Positions 44,696-55,081 of a stretch of DNA of 64,000 bases are shown piece after piece. Source of the stretch: Bryobacterales bacterium (lineage in GTDB: Bacteria; Acidobacteriota; Terriglobia; Bryobacterales; UBA6623); NCBI GenBank assembly GCA_963422375.2, contig OY729428.2, positions 832,001-896,000 on the forward strand, written 5' to 3'. The notes beneath the pieces were generated by a model, which was not told the origin of the DNA, searched no databases, and was given only the letters and a program-made list of their open reading frames with translations. Every line of letters starts with the position of its first letter. Position 1 is the first letter of the stretch. The position numbers and the translations under genes were made by a program.

Positions 44696-44950
44696 TCACC
44701 GCTCTGGCGACGACGGCAGCGCTCTCGGTCGAGCCGTCTGCGCTCGCCCCGCGTCCGGGCCTTCCCTGTCGCCCATCCCGGACCAGAGGTAGGTCAGCAT
44801 TCCAGCGACGACGAGGGGCCCGCAGGCGCCGGCGAAAAGAAAGAACGATACTGGATGCGTCCAGAAGAGCGTGGGAAGCGCCGAGAGCAGTCCCGTCGCG
44901 ATTAGCAGCCCCGCGAGCCGCAGCCGGCCTGCAGCCCCTGACCGCGGCAT
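44696..44950 (-). CDS. Small 2-TM protein downstream of the NapC-type cytochrome
   Basis: MPRSG..LAGLLIATGLLS..WTHPVSFFLF..LVVAGMLTYLWS. Confidence 0.6.
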   Translation of the reverse strand: MPRSGAAGRLRLAGLLIATGLLSALPTLFWTHPVSFFLFAGACGPLVVAGMLTYLWSGMGDREGPDAGRAQTARPRALPSSPER

Positions 44951-44967
44951 GGGCTTGATGCCTCCTC

Positions 44968-45585
44968 TCACGGCCGCGCCTCCGGGTCCCATCGCGGGAA
45001 GCGGTCCAGCTTTTCCACCTCGTGGACCAAGTTGTGGCACATGATGCAGGACTTGGAACCCTCGAGCAGGGCGGCTCGAATGCGGGCGTGCGCGGCCTCC
45101 TCTTCGTAGGAGCGCGCCCCGTGGCGGCATTGCAGGCAGGATCGGTTGGGAAACGGCTGGTAGATCTGCACGGGGTCGGAAGCCGTGCCCAGTGCGTTGT
45201 GCCAGACATGCGCGATCCCCCGAATCTTGTCTTCCACGTCGCCAAACATCGCGTAGCTGGTGTGGCATGCGTAACAGGCGCGCTCCGCCGGAATTCTCCT
45301 GTTCTGGTAGTGCGCCGCCGGAAGGAATCGCGCGTCGTCGATCAGGAGGCTCGTGCCGTAGGGCTCGATGATGTGGCACGAAAGGCAGAATGCCGTGGAT
45401 TTCGCCTGCTCGTAGTGATGGTTCGTGCCTCCGACGAGAATCAGGCCGGGCAGCACGAAGAAGCTCCCGAACGCAAGCGCCTTGCCGGGAACGGACTCCG
45501 CCAGACGGGGACGCCTCCCGAGCAAGCGGACGGCCGCCACCGTCCCCGCGGTCGATGCGATCAGAATCAATACCGCGCGTGCCAA
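44968..45585 (-). CDS. NapC/NirT-family membrane tetraheme cytochrome c (possibly decaying)
   Basis: Two TMs, STAFCLSCH, CYACH, CLQCR(H) (degenerate), CIMCH. Confidence 0.8.
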   Translation of the reverse strand: MARAVLILIASTAGTVAAVRLLGRRPRLAESVPGKALAFGSFFVLPGLILVGGTNHHYEQAKSTAFCLSCHIIEPYGTSLLIDDARFLPAAHYQNRRIPAERACYACHTSYAMFGDVEDKIRGIAHVWHNALGTASDPVQIYQPFPNRSCLQCRHGARSYEEEAAHARIRAALLEGSKSCIMCHNLVHEVEKLDRFPRWDPEARP

Positions 45586-45596
45586 GCCGCCGCTCC

Positions 45597-46897
45597 CTAA
45601 ATTGGCCCCCGCAGTTCCTCTGCGAGCGCCTCAATCTCGGTCAGTCCCTGCACCATCTCACTCCAGCCCTACCACAGCGCGTAGTCCGGGTTGTTGTGGA
45701 AGGTCCCTTGGAAGGCCCGCATACGGTGCTCCAAGTGCATCCTGAACAGCTTCTGCTCAATGACCGTGGGCGCGTCGTGGAATGCCAGCGGGTCCGGGAA
45801 GTCGCGTTCGTAGTGGGTCGGTCGGCGCAGGACGCCGTCTCGGTAGAGGCCTGCCACGACGCGGATCGCCCGGGCCAGAAGGCGGTCCGTCTCGCGGATC
45901 ATCTCGTCGCCCTTGGCCAGTTCGGCCCGGACCATTGTCCCGGAGTGGCACTCATCGCAGACCGCGATCATCCGATCCCGTTCCGCCTGCCATGCCTCTT
46001 GGGTGAGGCGAGCGGCGTCGACCTGCTTGACTGTTTCGAGTCGGGCCGTCGGGTTTCCCTCCAAATCCAAGACGCCCAGCGCTTGGAGGATCGTCGCGCG
46101 ATCAGCAGCCCATTCGGGATCGTCCGGCATAGGCAGTCGCACGGCTAGGAAACCCCATGCCGTCCGCACGCCGTGGTCCCCCTTCGGCATGTGCACCGCT
46201 GGCAGGTCGGCGCGGCCGCCTGTTCGGGAAGCGTGCCGCTCTGCTTGAGCAGGTGCCGGACCCCGTGCTCAGACGAAGAGTACATCTCCCATTGCGGGTG
46301 GTCGATGCCCATCTGGCAGGTCCGGCACGCCTGCGGCTCCAGAGCCTCCTTCACCGAGAACAGGTGACGCGTGTGGCAGGCGTCGCACGACGCGAGGCCG
46401 AACATCCCTCCTTCCGCCCTCATCCGCTTGATCTCGTCCTCGGTCTTGAGGCCCAGCCTGTGGCAACCTCCGCAGCCCTTCATCCCCTCGGTCAAGGCCA
46501 TGGGCAGCCAGTGTGTAGTCGGCATCGCGTTCATGCTCGCCCACGCCTGCGCGTGCTTGCCTCCGGCGAACTGCTCGACTTGGATCGGATGGCAGGTCGC
46601 GCACACGTCCGGCGTGGCGGTGCGGACGAGGTCGGTGTCGCCCGCACCGCGATGCCGATCACCGTGGCAGAAGGAGCAATCCACGCCCTCGGAGCTGTGG
46701 AGACTGAGCTCCTAGTCGACCACGATCGCCGGCGTCTCCTCGCGATGGCAGTCGACGCATGCCGATGCCTGTCCGAGCGGGTCCGTCGGGCCTCCGCCGC
46801 ACGACGCGACTAAGAGCGGGATGCTGGCTGCGCAGGCGCGAGACCGACGCGAGACCGACGCGATTCGACTGGCACGGACCGGACCGCTCGCAGCCAT
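45597..46897 (-). pseudogene. Octaheme HAO-family cytochrome c lipoprotein
   Basis: Eight heme motifs (one CRTCQ), CDACHTRH.FS, GIDHPQWEMY, RAFQGTFHNNPDY; TAG at 46712 and 45669, frameshift near 46196. Confidence 0.85.
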
Positions 46898-47119
46898 GCT
46901 CTCAATCTAAGCCATCCCCGGCGGATCCGTCGCGACATCCGGGACGGCACCGACATCGCGTCTCGCTCGCGGGCACCGCCGTCCGGGATCGGGAGCCCGC
47001 TGCCGCTGGGAACGCGGACTGGGACTGGCCGCAGCATGCGGCGCCTCATCGTTCAATTCGCGCTGTGCTCGGGGACTCTAGCGGCACAGGACACGCCGGC
47101 AACGGTCTATATCGGCGTA

Positions 47120-49392
47120 GGGGAGAGCGCCAAGGCGCTCGAGTCGCCACATGTGAGATCCCCGCGGATTAAGTCTCCGGCTTCATTCGGTGTATAGCTC
47201 GCTTCGAAGTGGCCGTGGTGTACCGGGGCGGTGAACGATCCTTCGTTGGAAGACTTCCGGACGCTCCCCCGGATCGACAAGCTTGATATTGGAAAGGAAG
47301 CCGTGATCCTCATCAAACACGGCTCGACGATCCTCGCAGTTGCCGCCTCCGTCGGTATCGGAGTTCGCGCAATTCAACCTTGGGCGGGGCGCTATGGGCG
47401 CGGCGGCTTCAATGGACTGGAGGGCCGCAAGATATCCGGTCGACCGCGCCCTCCCAAGACGGCATGCCTCCAGCGGGTCCCCACGGTCGTTACGACTACG
47501 GATCCGCGCCAGCTGCGATTCGAGTTCGCGTACCGGACCGCGCGACCGACCGGGGACGCGTTGCGAGACAAGTACTGAGGAGCGCAAGAGTCTTCTCGGT
47601 CGGATCAGGCCAACATGTACTGGAAATTGGGCTCCTTAAAGAAGCGATCCACCTTGTCAGTCAAGTCCCTTAGAGCCTTGAATTCCGCCTCGAGTAGGAG
47701 CAATATCTTCTCCTTAGTTCTGAATCATTTCTGGAGCACCATCCGCTTTATGTACGACTATATCAGCTCGTATGGGTTCAGATTTGGGGAATATACCGGA
47801 AGGATATGAATCCCTATTCTGCCTTTATTAGAATTCACTATCTAAGATAATTTCCACTTATATCGTCGCGTTAATCCGGAAGAAAATGAGCGGAATTTTC
47901 CAGCATTCTCCGTGCCCTATTGCAGCATGGAATGGAAGCAGATGTCCCGACTAATCTCTGCCATAATGTTCAGGCGAATATTCTTGCCATTGCAGGCCAT
48001 CTCGGGCGTATTTCCGCGCAGTATTTACCTCCATCCCACGTGATAGTTGAAGCGAATTCTGGCTTCTCCAGCGAACATGATCAGGGGCCTTTCCCGCTCG
48101 TCTTCCTCCTTGAATTCCGGGAACATCGCGTCAATCCATCGCGTGACCTGCCCCATCCGGTGCTGGGACGCCCGGAAGCGTGGCTTCTGCGACGTGAGCT
48201 TGCGCCGACGCATGACGCGGCGGATGGTACAGCGGCTCACGTCGATGCCGAACTCGTCGATTGAGGCCCGGAGGACTCGCTACACGCTCCAATAGGCGAA
48301 CTCAAACTTGAGCTGCCGGCGATTCTTATCGACCACGGTGTGGAAGATCCACTCCCCACGCTCCTCGGTCCAGATCCGAGGGCGTCCTGTCCTCGAACGG
48401 TCCTCCACGGCCGCCATCGCTACGGCGATGAACCTAGCCTTCCAAGACTTGACTGCTCCGGTTCCGATGCCGAGATTCTGCGCAAGTTATTCCGGAACAT
48501 AGCCGAGGATGAATTGCGAGTCGAAGAACGTTTTGACAGTGATATTGAGCTTATGGGGGAGTCGATTATAGTCGTTAAAGTGGAAGGGATTCATGCAATA
48601 ATTCTATCACATTCAAGTGTCGTAACTGGTCTCGGAAGAGGGCACGGACGGAAAAATAGACTCTTCCTCTCCTCAGTACGGGATCGAAGCAAGCCGGTCG
48701 ACGGTGCGTCAAGCGTTGCGCCGTAGGGGCCTGATCCCGCCAGGGCCGGCGACAGAGACGTGGCGGCGGGGCAGGGTCGCCGTGGCGAAACGGCCGAGGA
48801 CGGCGAATCCGGATCCGCCGAGGAAGGCGAAGGAGGAGAACGCGCTGCCCCTGTTCGAGGACGAAGCGGGAATGTGCTCGGACTGCCACGCGGGGAGGAC
48901 TCGGGCGGAACCCGGGAAGACACCGAGGGGCAGCGTCTCGGGAATGAGGATCCGCGCGAACATGCTGGCGGCGGTCAGTCCGGGAGGGCAGCTATTGTAC
49001 ATGATTAATGAAGGCAACACGATCACCGAGACGGTTCGAGAGTTCCTGGGAAGGATCGCAGCGGATGTGCCGGAGAAGACGATCTATGTGTTGGAGGATA
49101 GCCTGAGAATCCACACGGAGAAAAGAGTGCGGTAGTTTCTTGAATCCGAGATAGAAGTTCGGGTTCTGCCGACTTACTCCCGGGAATTGAATCCTGTGGA
49201 GACACTGTAGTCATAGGTGAAGAGAAGAGCTTGACAACGGAAAGTCGAGACAGGAGACGACCTGAAGAACACGATGGCCGAGGATTGGGAGCACCTGAAG
49301 TGGACACCGTAGCCAGTCGCCGCGTCCTTCAAGCGGGCCGAGTGCATCTACATCCTGGGCTGATCTGCAGGCAAGACCCTTGACACGTTCAG
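47120..49392 (+). mobile_element. Outer IS630-family element, degenerate, split by an inner IS630
   Basis: N-half (W..RY..GG..GL..SGRP..DPRQL.FEFA) ends DKY at 47574 and resumes GIEASRSTVRQ at 48679; FEDEAG, NMLAAVS, LED...H; right end ...GTTCAG|TA at 49392; left end approximate. Confidence 0.75.
47575..48676 (-). mobile_element. Inner IS630-family element with terminal IRs and TA duplication
   Basis: TA|CTGAGGAGCGCAAGAGTCT versus reverse complement of the right end CTGAGGAGAGGAAGAGTCT (17/19); degenerate transposase (TGRP, RQLKFEFAY, IMFAGEA, PVYSPNLNP); AT-rich. Confidence 0.9.
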
Positions 49393-49393
49393 T

Positions 49394-49546
49394 AATGGCC
49401 TCGGACACAAACCAAGCCACCAGAACGATCTCGAGCGCATCCACCACCCAACCCATCAACGTGTAGAACCGCTCTACGGGCATGGCTGCGGCAAGAGCCG
49501 GTCTGACGCTGAGTGGTCACTCGAATTCATCGTCCCTTGTTCTGAC
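49394..49546. repeat. Diverged direct repeat, copy 1 (truncated paralog of the 51140 gene start)
   Basis: Aligns with 51003-51157; cut by the IS630 right end. Confidence 0.85.
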
Positions 49547-50330
49547 AAGACCGCGGTCCAGGCCGGAAAGGGACCTGAGCGCCGCGTCCGGCTTGGCCAC
49601 AGGGCGCGGGCGACCTGACGACACTGTCAAGGGAGCGCAGAGCGGCTTGCCTGTCTTTCTGGCGGCAGGAATGGTCAGTGACGAGTTCCCTACCGTGGCA
49701 GCCTAAGGGCTTGCGCGAGACTTCGTCCTCTGCACTCATTGGCATCGTCCAAGGCAGGACAAGCTACGATGGCACTGCTTGGACGGCCTCCAATGCACCG
49801 GACAGCAGGGCCGGTGGCACGGGACGGCACCCAGAAGTCACAGGCCAGAGACTCGCGTGGAGCCCTGTCGATTTCTCGGGAAAGTTGCGCCTCAACGATC
49901 TGGGCGAGCCGCAGACGGACATCCTGCACAAGGCTTTGCCACTACCCGCACCCTTGCTCCGCCCTCCCCGACCACTCTGCGACGGGACTTCCCGCCACAT
50001 TCGCCGACGGGAAGGGCCGTTGAGGATCTTCCCTGCCTCGCAACGCACGGATCGAGCCGGGAGACTGCGACAGAGTCCCTTCCGCGAGGACCGGCGACAC
50101 CACGCACAGTCGCGGCCGAGGGCTGGCTCGTGCCCGAATGTCTCGCGGGCCGGTCAGTCCGTCGCCCGCACTCACTCCCTGGACGGCCGGAGGCGTCCTT
50201 TCAGCCCCTTCACACTGCTACAGCCCACACGGAAGAGGGCTTCCGCACGCCCATGTCGGTCTTCGCGGTCATTACGAGCACTCGCCGCACCTGAACAACC
50301 TTGATCGGCGTCTGACGCTTTGACAACGCC

Positions 50331-51140
50331 CTACGGAGCAGGCCAAGGGCTCCCAGTGCCATGTGGTCCACGGCATGTTCGAATGCCTTGGCGTACGAAC
50401 TCGCGCAGGCGCGCCTGCGACGCAGTCGGCAGTTGCGCCACCGCTGCCATCCACTCATGGACGATGTGCTCGATGGACTGCCTAGCCAAGGCTTTGTCAC
50501 CGAACAACTTAATCGCCAACACCCGCAGGAGGCTCGTCTTGTGAGCGAAGCGCAGCAGTCCGTTGATCCGGCTCCGCAGGAAGCGGTACGAGGGGGCATT
50601 GAAGGCTACGTTTCCGGCCAGCGCGTAGTCAAACAGCTCATCTCGCAGAACGAAGAGCCGCCGTCGCAGTAGATCCACTCGAAGCTCACTCCAGCGTCGG
50701 GCGACGACCAAGAGCAGGATCGCGTAGGCCGCGAGCGTTAGGATGATCACGATCCCATCAGATGTAGTCATTGATCCTCCGGTCTTGTTTCTCCTGTTGA
50801 CAACAGGTTGCTTGAGCTTCGATTCGGCCGCACTCTCCAGTTCCTTGACGCGACGCCCGAGGCGCTCGACGTCGCTCCGTCGCAGCCGCCTCACCCTCCG
50901 AGCATAGACAAGCGATCCAACGGACGTAGTCAGCGCAGCTAGGTCCCGGATTCGCCAGGACACAAGCAGTTGAGCAATGGTAGTAGTTCCTCCCAATGAA
51001 TCAATAGCCTTGTACCCAAATTAGGCCACTAGTACCGTCTTGAGCGCATCCACCACCCGACCCATCAACGTGTCGAACCGGTCTACGCGCATGGCTTGCA
51101 GGAAGCGCCGGTCTACCTCTGAGTGGTCGCTCGAATTCAT
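50331..51140 (-). pseudogene. Two-gene membrane module of unknown function (gene A ATG 51140; gene B ATG 50771)
   Basis: Gene A: 2 TM + coiled coil, TAA at 51021-51023; gene B has SD GGAGG, TM and RRRLFVLRDELFD..NGLLRFAH; A runs in frame into B. Confidence 0.55.
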
Positions 51141-51157
51141 CGTGCCTTATTCTAACT
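51003..51157. repeat. Diverged direct repeat, copy 2
   Basis: GAGCGCATCCACCACCC.ACCCATCAACGTGT.GAACC...GAGTGGTC.CTCGAATTCATCGT shared with 49394-49546. Confidence 0.85.
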
Positions 51158-51579
51158 GTTCCCCGTCGGTGCCATCGATTCGCCACGGATGTCTCGGATT
51201 CCGACCGCTGCCAACTCTCGCTAGGGGCCAGTCCGCCACCTCGATGCCCTTCATCCGAAGCAAGCGACCAGGCACTCCTCGATCTCGTCCAGTGTCCCCA
51301 GCTGCTACTCGCGGCGTCCCAAGACGAAGGCCGTGACAGCAGCGGCACGAATCGCCGACCCGCTACCGTGCCATTTCCGCCGGGAGGCGCCGAGGTGACA
51401 TTGCGATGCGAGGGCACGTCCCGGCGGAGCTCGGCGACCGTCATTGACGGCCCCCCGCCCCCCGGGATTTGCCTTCCGAGAACCAGACGCTCTGGACGCG
51501 AGTCACGCAGCACTACCAGAAGACTCTCGAGTCGCGGCAATGGGACCGCTGCCGGCGCATCGTGACGAGGGATTCCAGC

Positions 51580-52173
51580 TTGGATTCGGCGCGCCCGCGG
51601 ACCTTCGCGATGCTGTTGCGGGGCGTCAACGTCGGCGGGCGCAACCGTGTTCCCATGCCGGCGCTCAAGCAGGCGCTGCAGGAAGCAGGCTGCACGCAGG
51701 TTCGCACCTACATCCAGAGCGGCAACGCCGTGTTCCGCTCCGACGCCCGCATCGCGGATGCGGCCCGTAGCGCCGTGCGGTCGTTGGTCACCGAGCTGAC
51801 CGGAACGGAGATCGGCATCGTTCTCCGCTCGAGGGCCGAGCTGGCCCGGGTCGTCCGCGACAACCCGTTCTCGGACGTAGCGGACCCGCGCAAGCTCCAC
51901 GTAGGGTTCTGCGTGGAGACCCCTCCGGCGGAGCGCGTCCCCGCAGTCGACCCGCATCGGTCGCCGCCCGACGAGTTCGCATTCCGGGAGCGCGAGGTAT
52001 ACCTACTACTCCCGCGCGGAGCAGCCCGCACCAAGCTCTCCGGCACCTACCTCGAATCCGCGCTCGGAACACCCATCACATTCCGGAACTGGCGCACCGT
52101 CCTGCGCCTGCTGGGGATGGCCTCCGGCCGGGACGGACCGACGGCCGGGTGGAGCCGCGCTGCCGTACACTGA
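51580..52173 (+). CDS. DUF1697-family protein
   Basis: LLRGVNVGGRN.VPM, VRTYIQSGN, NPF, T.RNWRTV; start approximate. Confidence 0.9.
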   Translation: MDSARPRTFAMLLRGVNVGGRNRVPMPALKQALQEAGCTQVRTYIQSGNAVFRSDARIADAARSAVRSLVTELTGTEIGIVLRSRAELARVVRDNPFSDVADPRKLHVGFCVETPPAERVPAVDPHRSPPDEFAFREREVYLLLPRGAARTKLSGTYLESALGTPITFRNWRTVLRLLGMASGRDGPTAGWSRAAVH

Positions 52174-52177
52174 TTGC

Positions 52178-53248
52178 ATGTTCTTTCCTAGGTGCCGCGA
52201 GCCCGGCAGATTGGCGGCATTCGCAACACTGGCGGGTCTTGGCCTGGCTGTCGCCGCCAGCCCTGCCGACGCTGCCGCCGGACCCCCCGTGGGGACCGCA
52301 GCCCCCTCCATTGAAGCGACCGACCAGTCGGGCGCGATGCAGACCTTCGACGATCTCGCCGGCGAGAACGGGCTCCTGCTGCTGTTCTTCCGCTCGGCGG
52401 ACTGGTGACCGTTCTGCAAAGGCCAGCTCGTGCAGCTGGAGCGTAAGAGGGAAGCTTTGGAGGAGCGAGGCGTGCGGGTCGCCGCGATCAGCAACGACAC
52501 GGTCGACGCTCTCGCTCACTTCGCGCAGCGGGCGGGGATCGGCTTTCCCCTTCTTTCCGACCCGGATTCCGCCGTCATCCGCGAGTTCGGCGTGCTGAAC
52601 GAAGACATCCCCGAGGACCACGCCTTCTTCGGCATCCCGCACCCGGTAGAGCTCTTGCTGGGCCGCGACCGCGTCGTGCGCGCCAAGTTCCACGAAGAGG
52701 ACTACAAGGACCGCTTCACCGCCGGGCGCGTCCTCGTGCGCCAGCTCGGCGCCGATCAGGGCGGGCCGAGCTCCACGGAGCACACCTCGCACCTCAAGGT
52801 CACCGCGTGGGCCAGCGACAGCGTCGTGCGGGGCGGAAATCGATTCGTCTTGGTGCTCGACATCGAGCTGGACGACAGGATGCACGTGTACGCCCCCGCC
52901 GTCGAAGGGTACATCCCGGTCGATTGGCGCATGGAGGAGGCCGCGGGCCTCACCCATTTCGAGGCGGAATACCCGGATTCACGGACGCTGCACCTGCCGG
53001 CGATCAACGAGTCGGTTCCCGTGTACGAAGGCCGTGTCCGCCTGCTGCGCGACGTCATGATCGGGCAGGCCGCCGACCTAGGCGGCATGGTAGAGGACGG
53101 AATCCTGACGATTCGCGGCAGCCTTCGCTACCAGGCCTGCGACGACCGCATGTGCTACCTCCCCGCAACGGTGCCGCTCGAATGGAAGGTCGCCTTCGAG
53201 CAGCACGACCGGACCCGGGTGCCGGATGAGTTCCGCCGCCCGCGGTAG
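52178..53248 (+). CDS. Exported selenoprotein: AhpC/TSA (Prx-like) UxxC domain + DsbD N-terminal domain
   Basis: FFRSADW-TGA(52406-52408)-PFCKGQL continues in frame into ORF 52430-53248; signal peptide; MHVYAP and YQACDDRMCYLP in the C-domain; hairpin 14 nt after UGA. Confidence 0.88.
52406..52440 (+). promoter_or_regulatory. Sec UGA codon and bacterial SECIS-like hairpin
   Basis: CCAGCT (52423-52428), loop CGTGC, AGCTGG (52434-52439). Confidence 0.7.
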
Positions 53249-54494
53249 CGCGGCCGGGCGGAGCCGTCGGGCGTTCCTCGCCTCCGGCGTCGGCGCTGCT
53301 GCGCTGGGAGCCTGCGGCCGCTCCCCCCGCACCGAAGAGACGGGCCCCCCAGTCGAGGAATTGGACGCGGCAGCCGCCCGGCCGGTGCTGGACACAGCAG
53401 GCCTGGACAGTCCTCTCGTCATCGACTCGATTCGCCTGCTCGAAATGGACGGGGACCAGTTCGTCCACGTTCGCGCCGCGGACGGCGCCGAGGGACTCGC
53501 CGTGACCAACGGACGGCCCTACCTCGCGGCAGTCCTCGAGCAGGCCGTCGTCCCGTTCTTCCTGGGCAAGGACGCCCGTACCCTCGAGTCGGATCTGCTG
53601 TTCGAGCTCTACCGGCACCGTAGCAACTACAAGCTGCAGGGCCTCGCGTTCTGGTGCGCCCAGGCATGGGTGGAGTTCGCTCTGCTCGACATGCTTGGCC
53701 GGGCTTGCGGCCGCTCCATGGGCGACCTGCTCGGCGGGCGCCTGCGAGAGAGGGTCGACTTCTACGTCGCGAGCGGCCGCCGCGACACCACCCCCGAAGA
53801 AGAAGTCGACTACCTGGCGTCCCTCGCGGACGAGACGGGAGCCAAGGCGGTGAAATTCCGCTTGGGCGGTCGCATGAGCCGCAACCGCGACGCCGCCCCC
53901 GGACGGTCGGAGGCGCTGATCCCCCTCGCCCGCAAGGCCCTCGGCGACGGAATCGACCTGCACGGCGACGCCAACAGCTCCTACGATCCCGAGCACGCCG
54001 TGCCGATCGGGCGCTTGCTGGAGGAGGCTGGCGCGGTCTACTTCGAGGAGCCGTGCCCGTTCGACCACCTCGAGGAGACCAAGGCCGTCGCGGACGCGCT
54101 CGAAATCCCGGTCGCCGGAGGGGAGCAGGAATACAGCGAGCGCCGCTTCCGCTGGATGATCGCCAACCGGGCAGTCGACATCGTGCAGCCCGACCTGCAC
54201 TACTACGGGGGCATGATCCGGTCCGCCCGCGTGGCAAACATGGCCGACGTCGCGGGCTTGCCCACGACCGTGCATATCTCGGGGGGCTTCGGCTTCGTGT
54301 ACATGCTGCACTTCGCCTCGCGGACTAGGGACATCGGTCGCTACCAGGAGTACAAGCGCAGCATCGAGCGCTACCGGGACTGGTTCGATCCGGCGCTCTC
54401 CATCGAGGACGGGAAGCTGGCCGTGCCCGAGGGGCCGGGCGCGGGGATCCGCGACATCGAGACCCTGCTCCGGGGCGCGAAGGCAATCTTCTAG
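53226..54494 (+). CDS. Mandelate racemase/muconate lactonizing enzyme family, Tat lipoprotein
   Basis: SRRAFL + LGAC; KAVKFR, DAN, FEEP, GGEQE, DIVQPD..YYGG, P.GPG.G. Confidence 0.88.
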   Translation: MSSAARGSAAGRSRRAFLASGVGAAALGACGRSPRTEETGPPVEELDAAAARPVLDTAGLDSPLVIDSIRLLEMDGDQFVHVRAADGAEGLAVTNGRPYLAAVLEQAVVPFFLGKDARTLESDLLFELYRHRSNYKLQGLAFWCAQAWVEFALLDMLGRACGRSMGDLLGGRLRERVDFYVASGRRDTTPEEEVDYLASLADETGAKAVKFRLGGRMSRNRDAAPGRSEALIPLARKALGDGIDLHGDANSSYDPEHAVPIGRLLEEAGAVYFEEPCPFDHLEETKAVADALEIPVAGGEQEYSERRFRWMIANRAVDIVQPDLHYYGGMIRSARVANMADVAGLPTTVHISGGFGFVYMLHFASRTRDIGRYQEYKRSIERYRDWFDPALSIEDGKLAVPEGPGAGIRDIETLLRGAKAIF

Positions 54495-54560
54495 TCCGGA
54501 CCAGGGAGCCGACCGCAGCCGCTGGCGATGCTCCACGCCGGTATTCGCTACGATTGCCAT

Positions 54561-55061
54561 ATGGGGGAGGCGTCCCTGCCCGCGCGCGAGCCGGCTACCG
54601 TGGAGGGCAAGCTGGACGCGCGGGGGCTGCGGTTCGGCTGCGTGGTCGCCCGCTTTAACGGCTACATTACCGAGCGGCTGCTCGAGGGGGCGCTGGACGC
54701 GATCCGCCGCCACGGCGGAGCGCTGGAGAGCGTGCAGGTGGTCCGCGTGCCGGGCTCGCTCGAGATCCCGATCGTGGCGCATGCGATGGCGGGCAGCGGA
54801 AAGTTCGACGCGCTGATCTGCCTCGGCGCCGTGATTCGCGGCGAGACCGCGCACTACGCCCACGTGGCCGAGGGAGCAGCGAGCGGCATCGCCAAGATCG
54901 GACCCGAGACCGGCGTGCCGGCGATCTTCGGCGTGCTGACCTGCGACACCGCGGAGCAGGCGGTCGACCGAGCCGGCGGCAAGGCCGGCAATGCGGGCTC
55001 CCAAGCCGCCGTGGCGGCGATCGAGATGGCCAGCGTGCTCCGGCAGCTGGCCGCGGGCTAG
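54561..55061 (+). CDS. ribH: 6,7-dimethyl-8-ribityllumazine synthase
   Basis: VARFN, VPGSLEIP, LGAVIRGETAH, FGVLT, QAVDRAG.KAGN.G. Confidence 0.96.
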   Translation: MGEASLPAREPATVEGKLDARGLRFGCVVARFNGYITERLLEGALDAIRRHGGALESVQVVRVPGSLEIPIVAHAMAGSGKFDALICLGAVIRGETAHYAHVAEGAASGIAKIGPETGVPAIFGVLTCDTAEQAVDRAGGKAGNAGSQAAVAAIEMASVLRQLAAG

Positions 55062-55081
55062 CCGTCCCCGGCCGCAGCATC

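Noticed and set aside
22868..46714. Several in-frame TAGs (22868, about 25837, about 43955, 45669, 46712) suggesting amber recoding or pyrrolysine
   Set aside because: They appear to replace different residues (E, W, Y), co-occur with frameshifts, and TAG is the normal stop of many intact genes here; simple pseudogenisation explains them.
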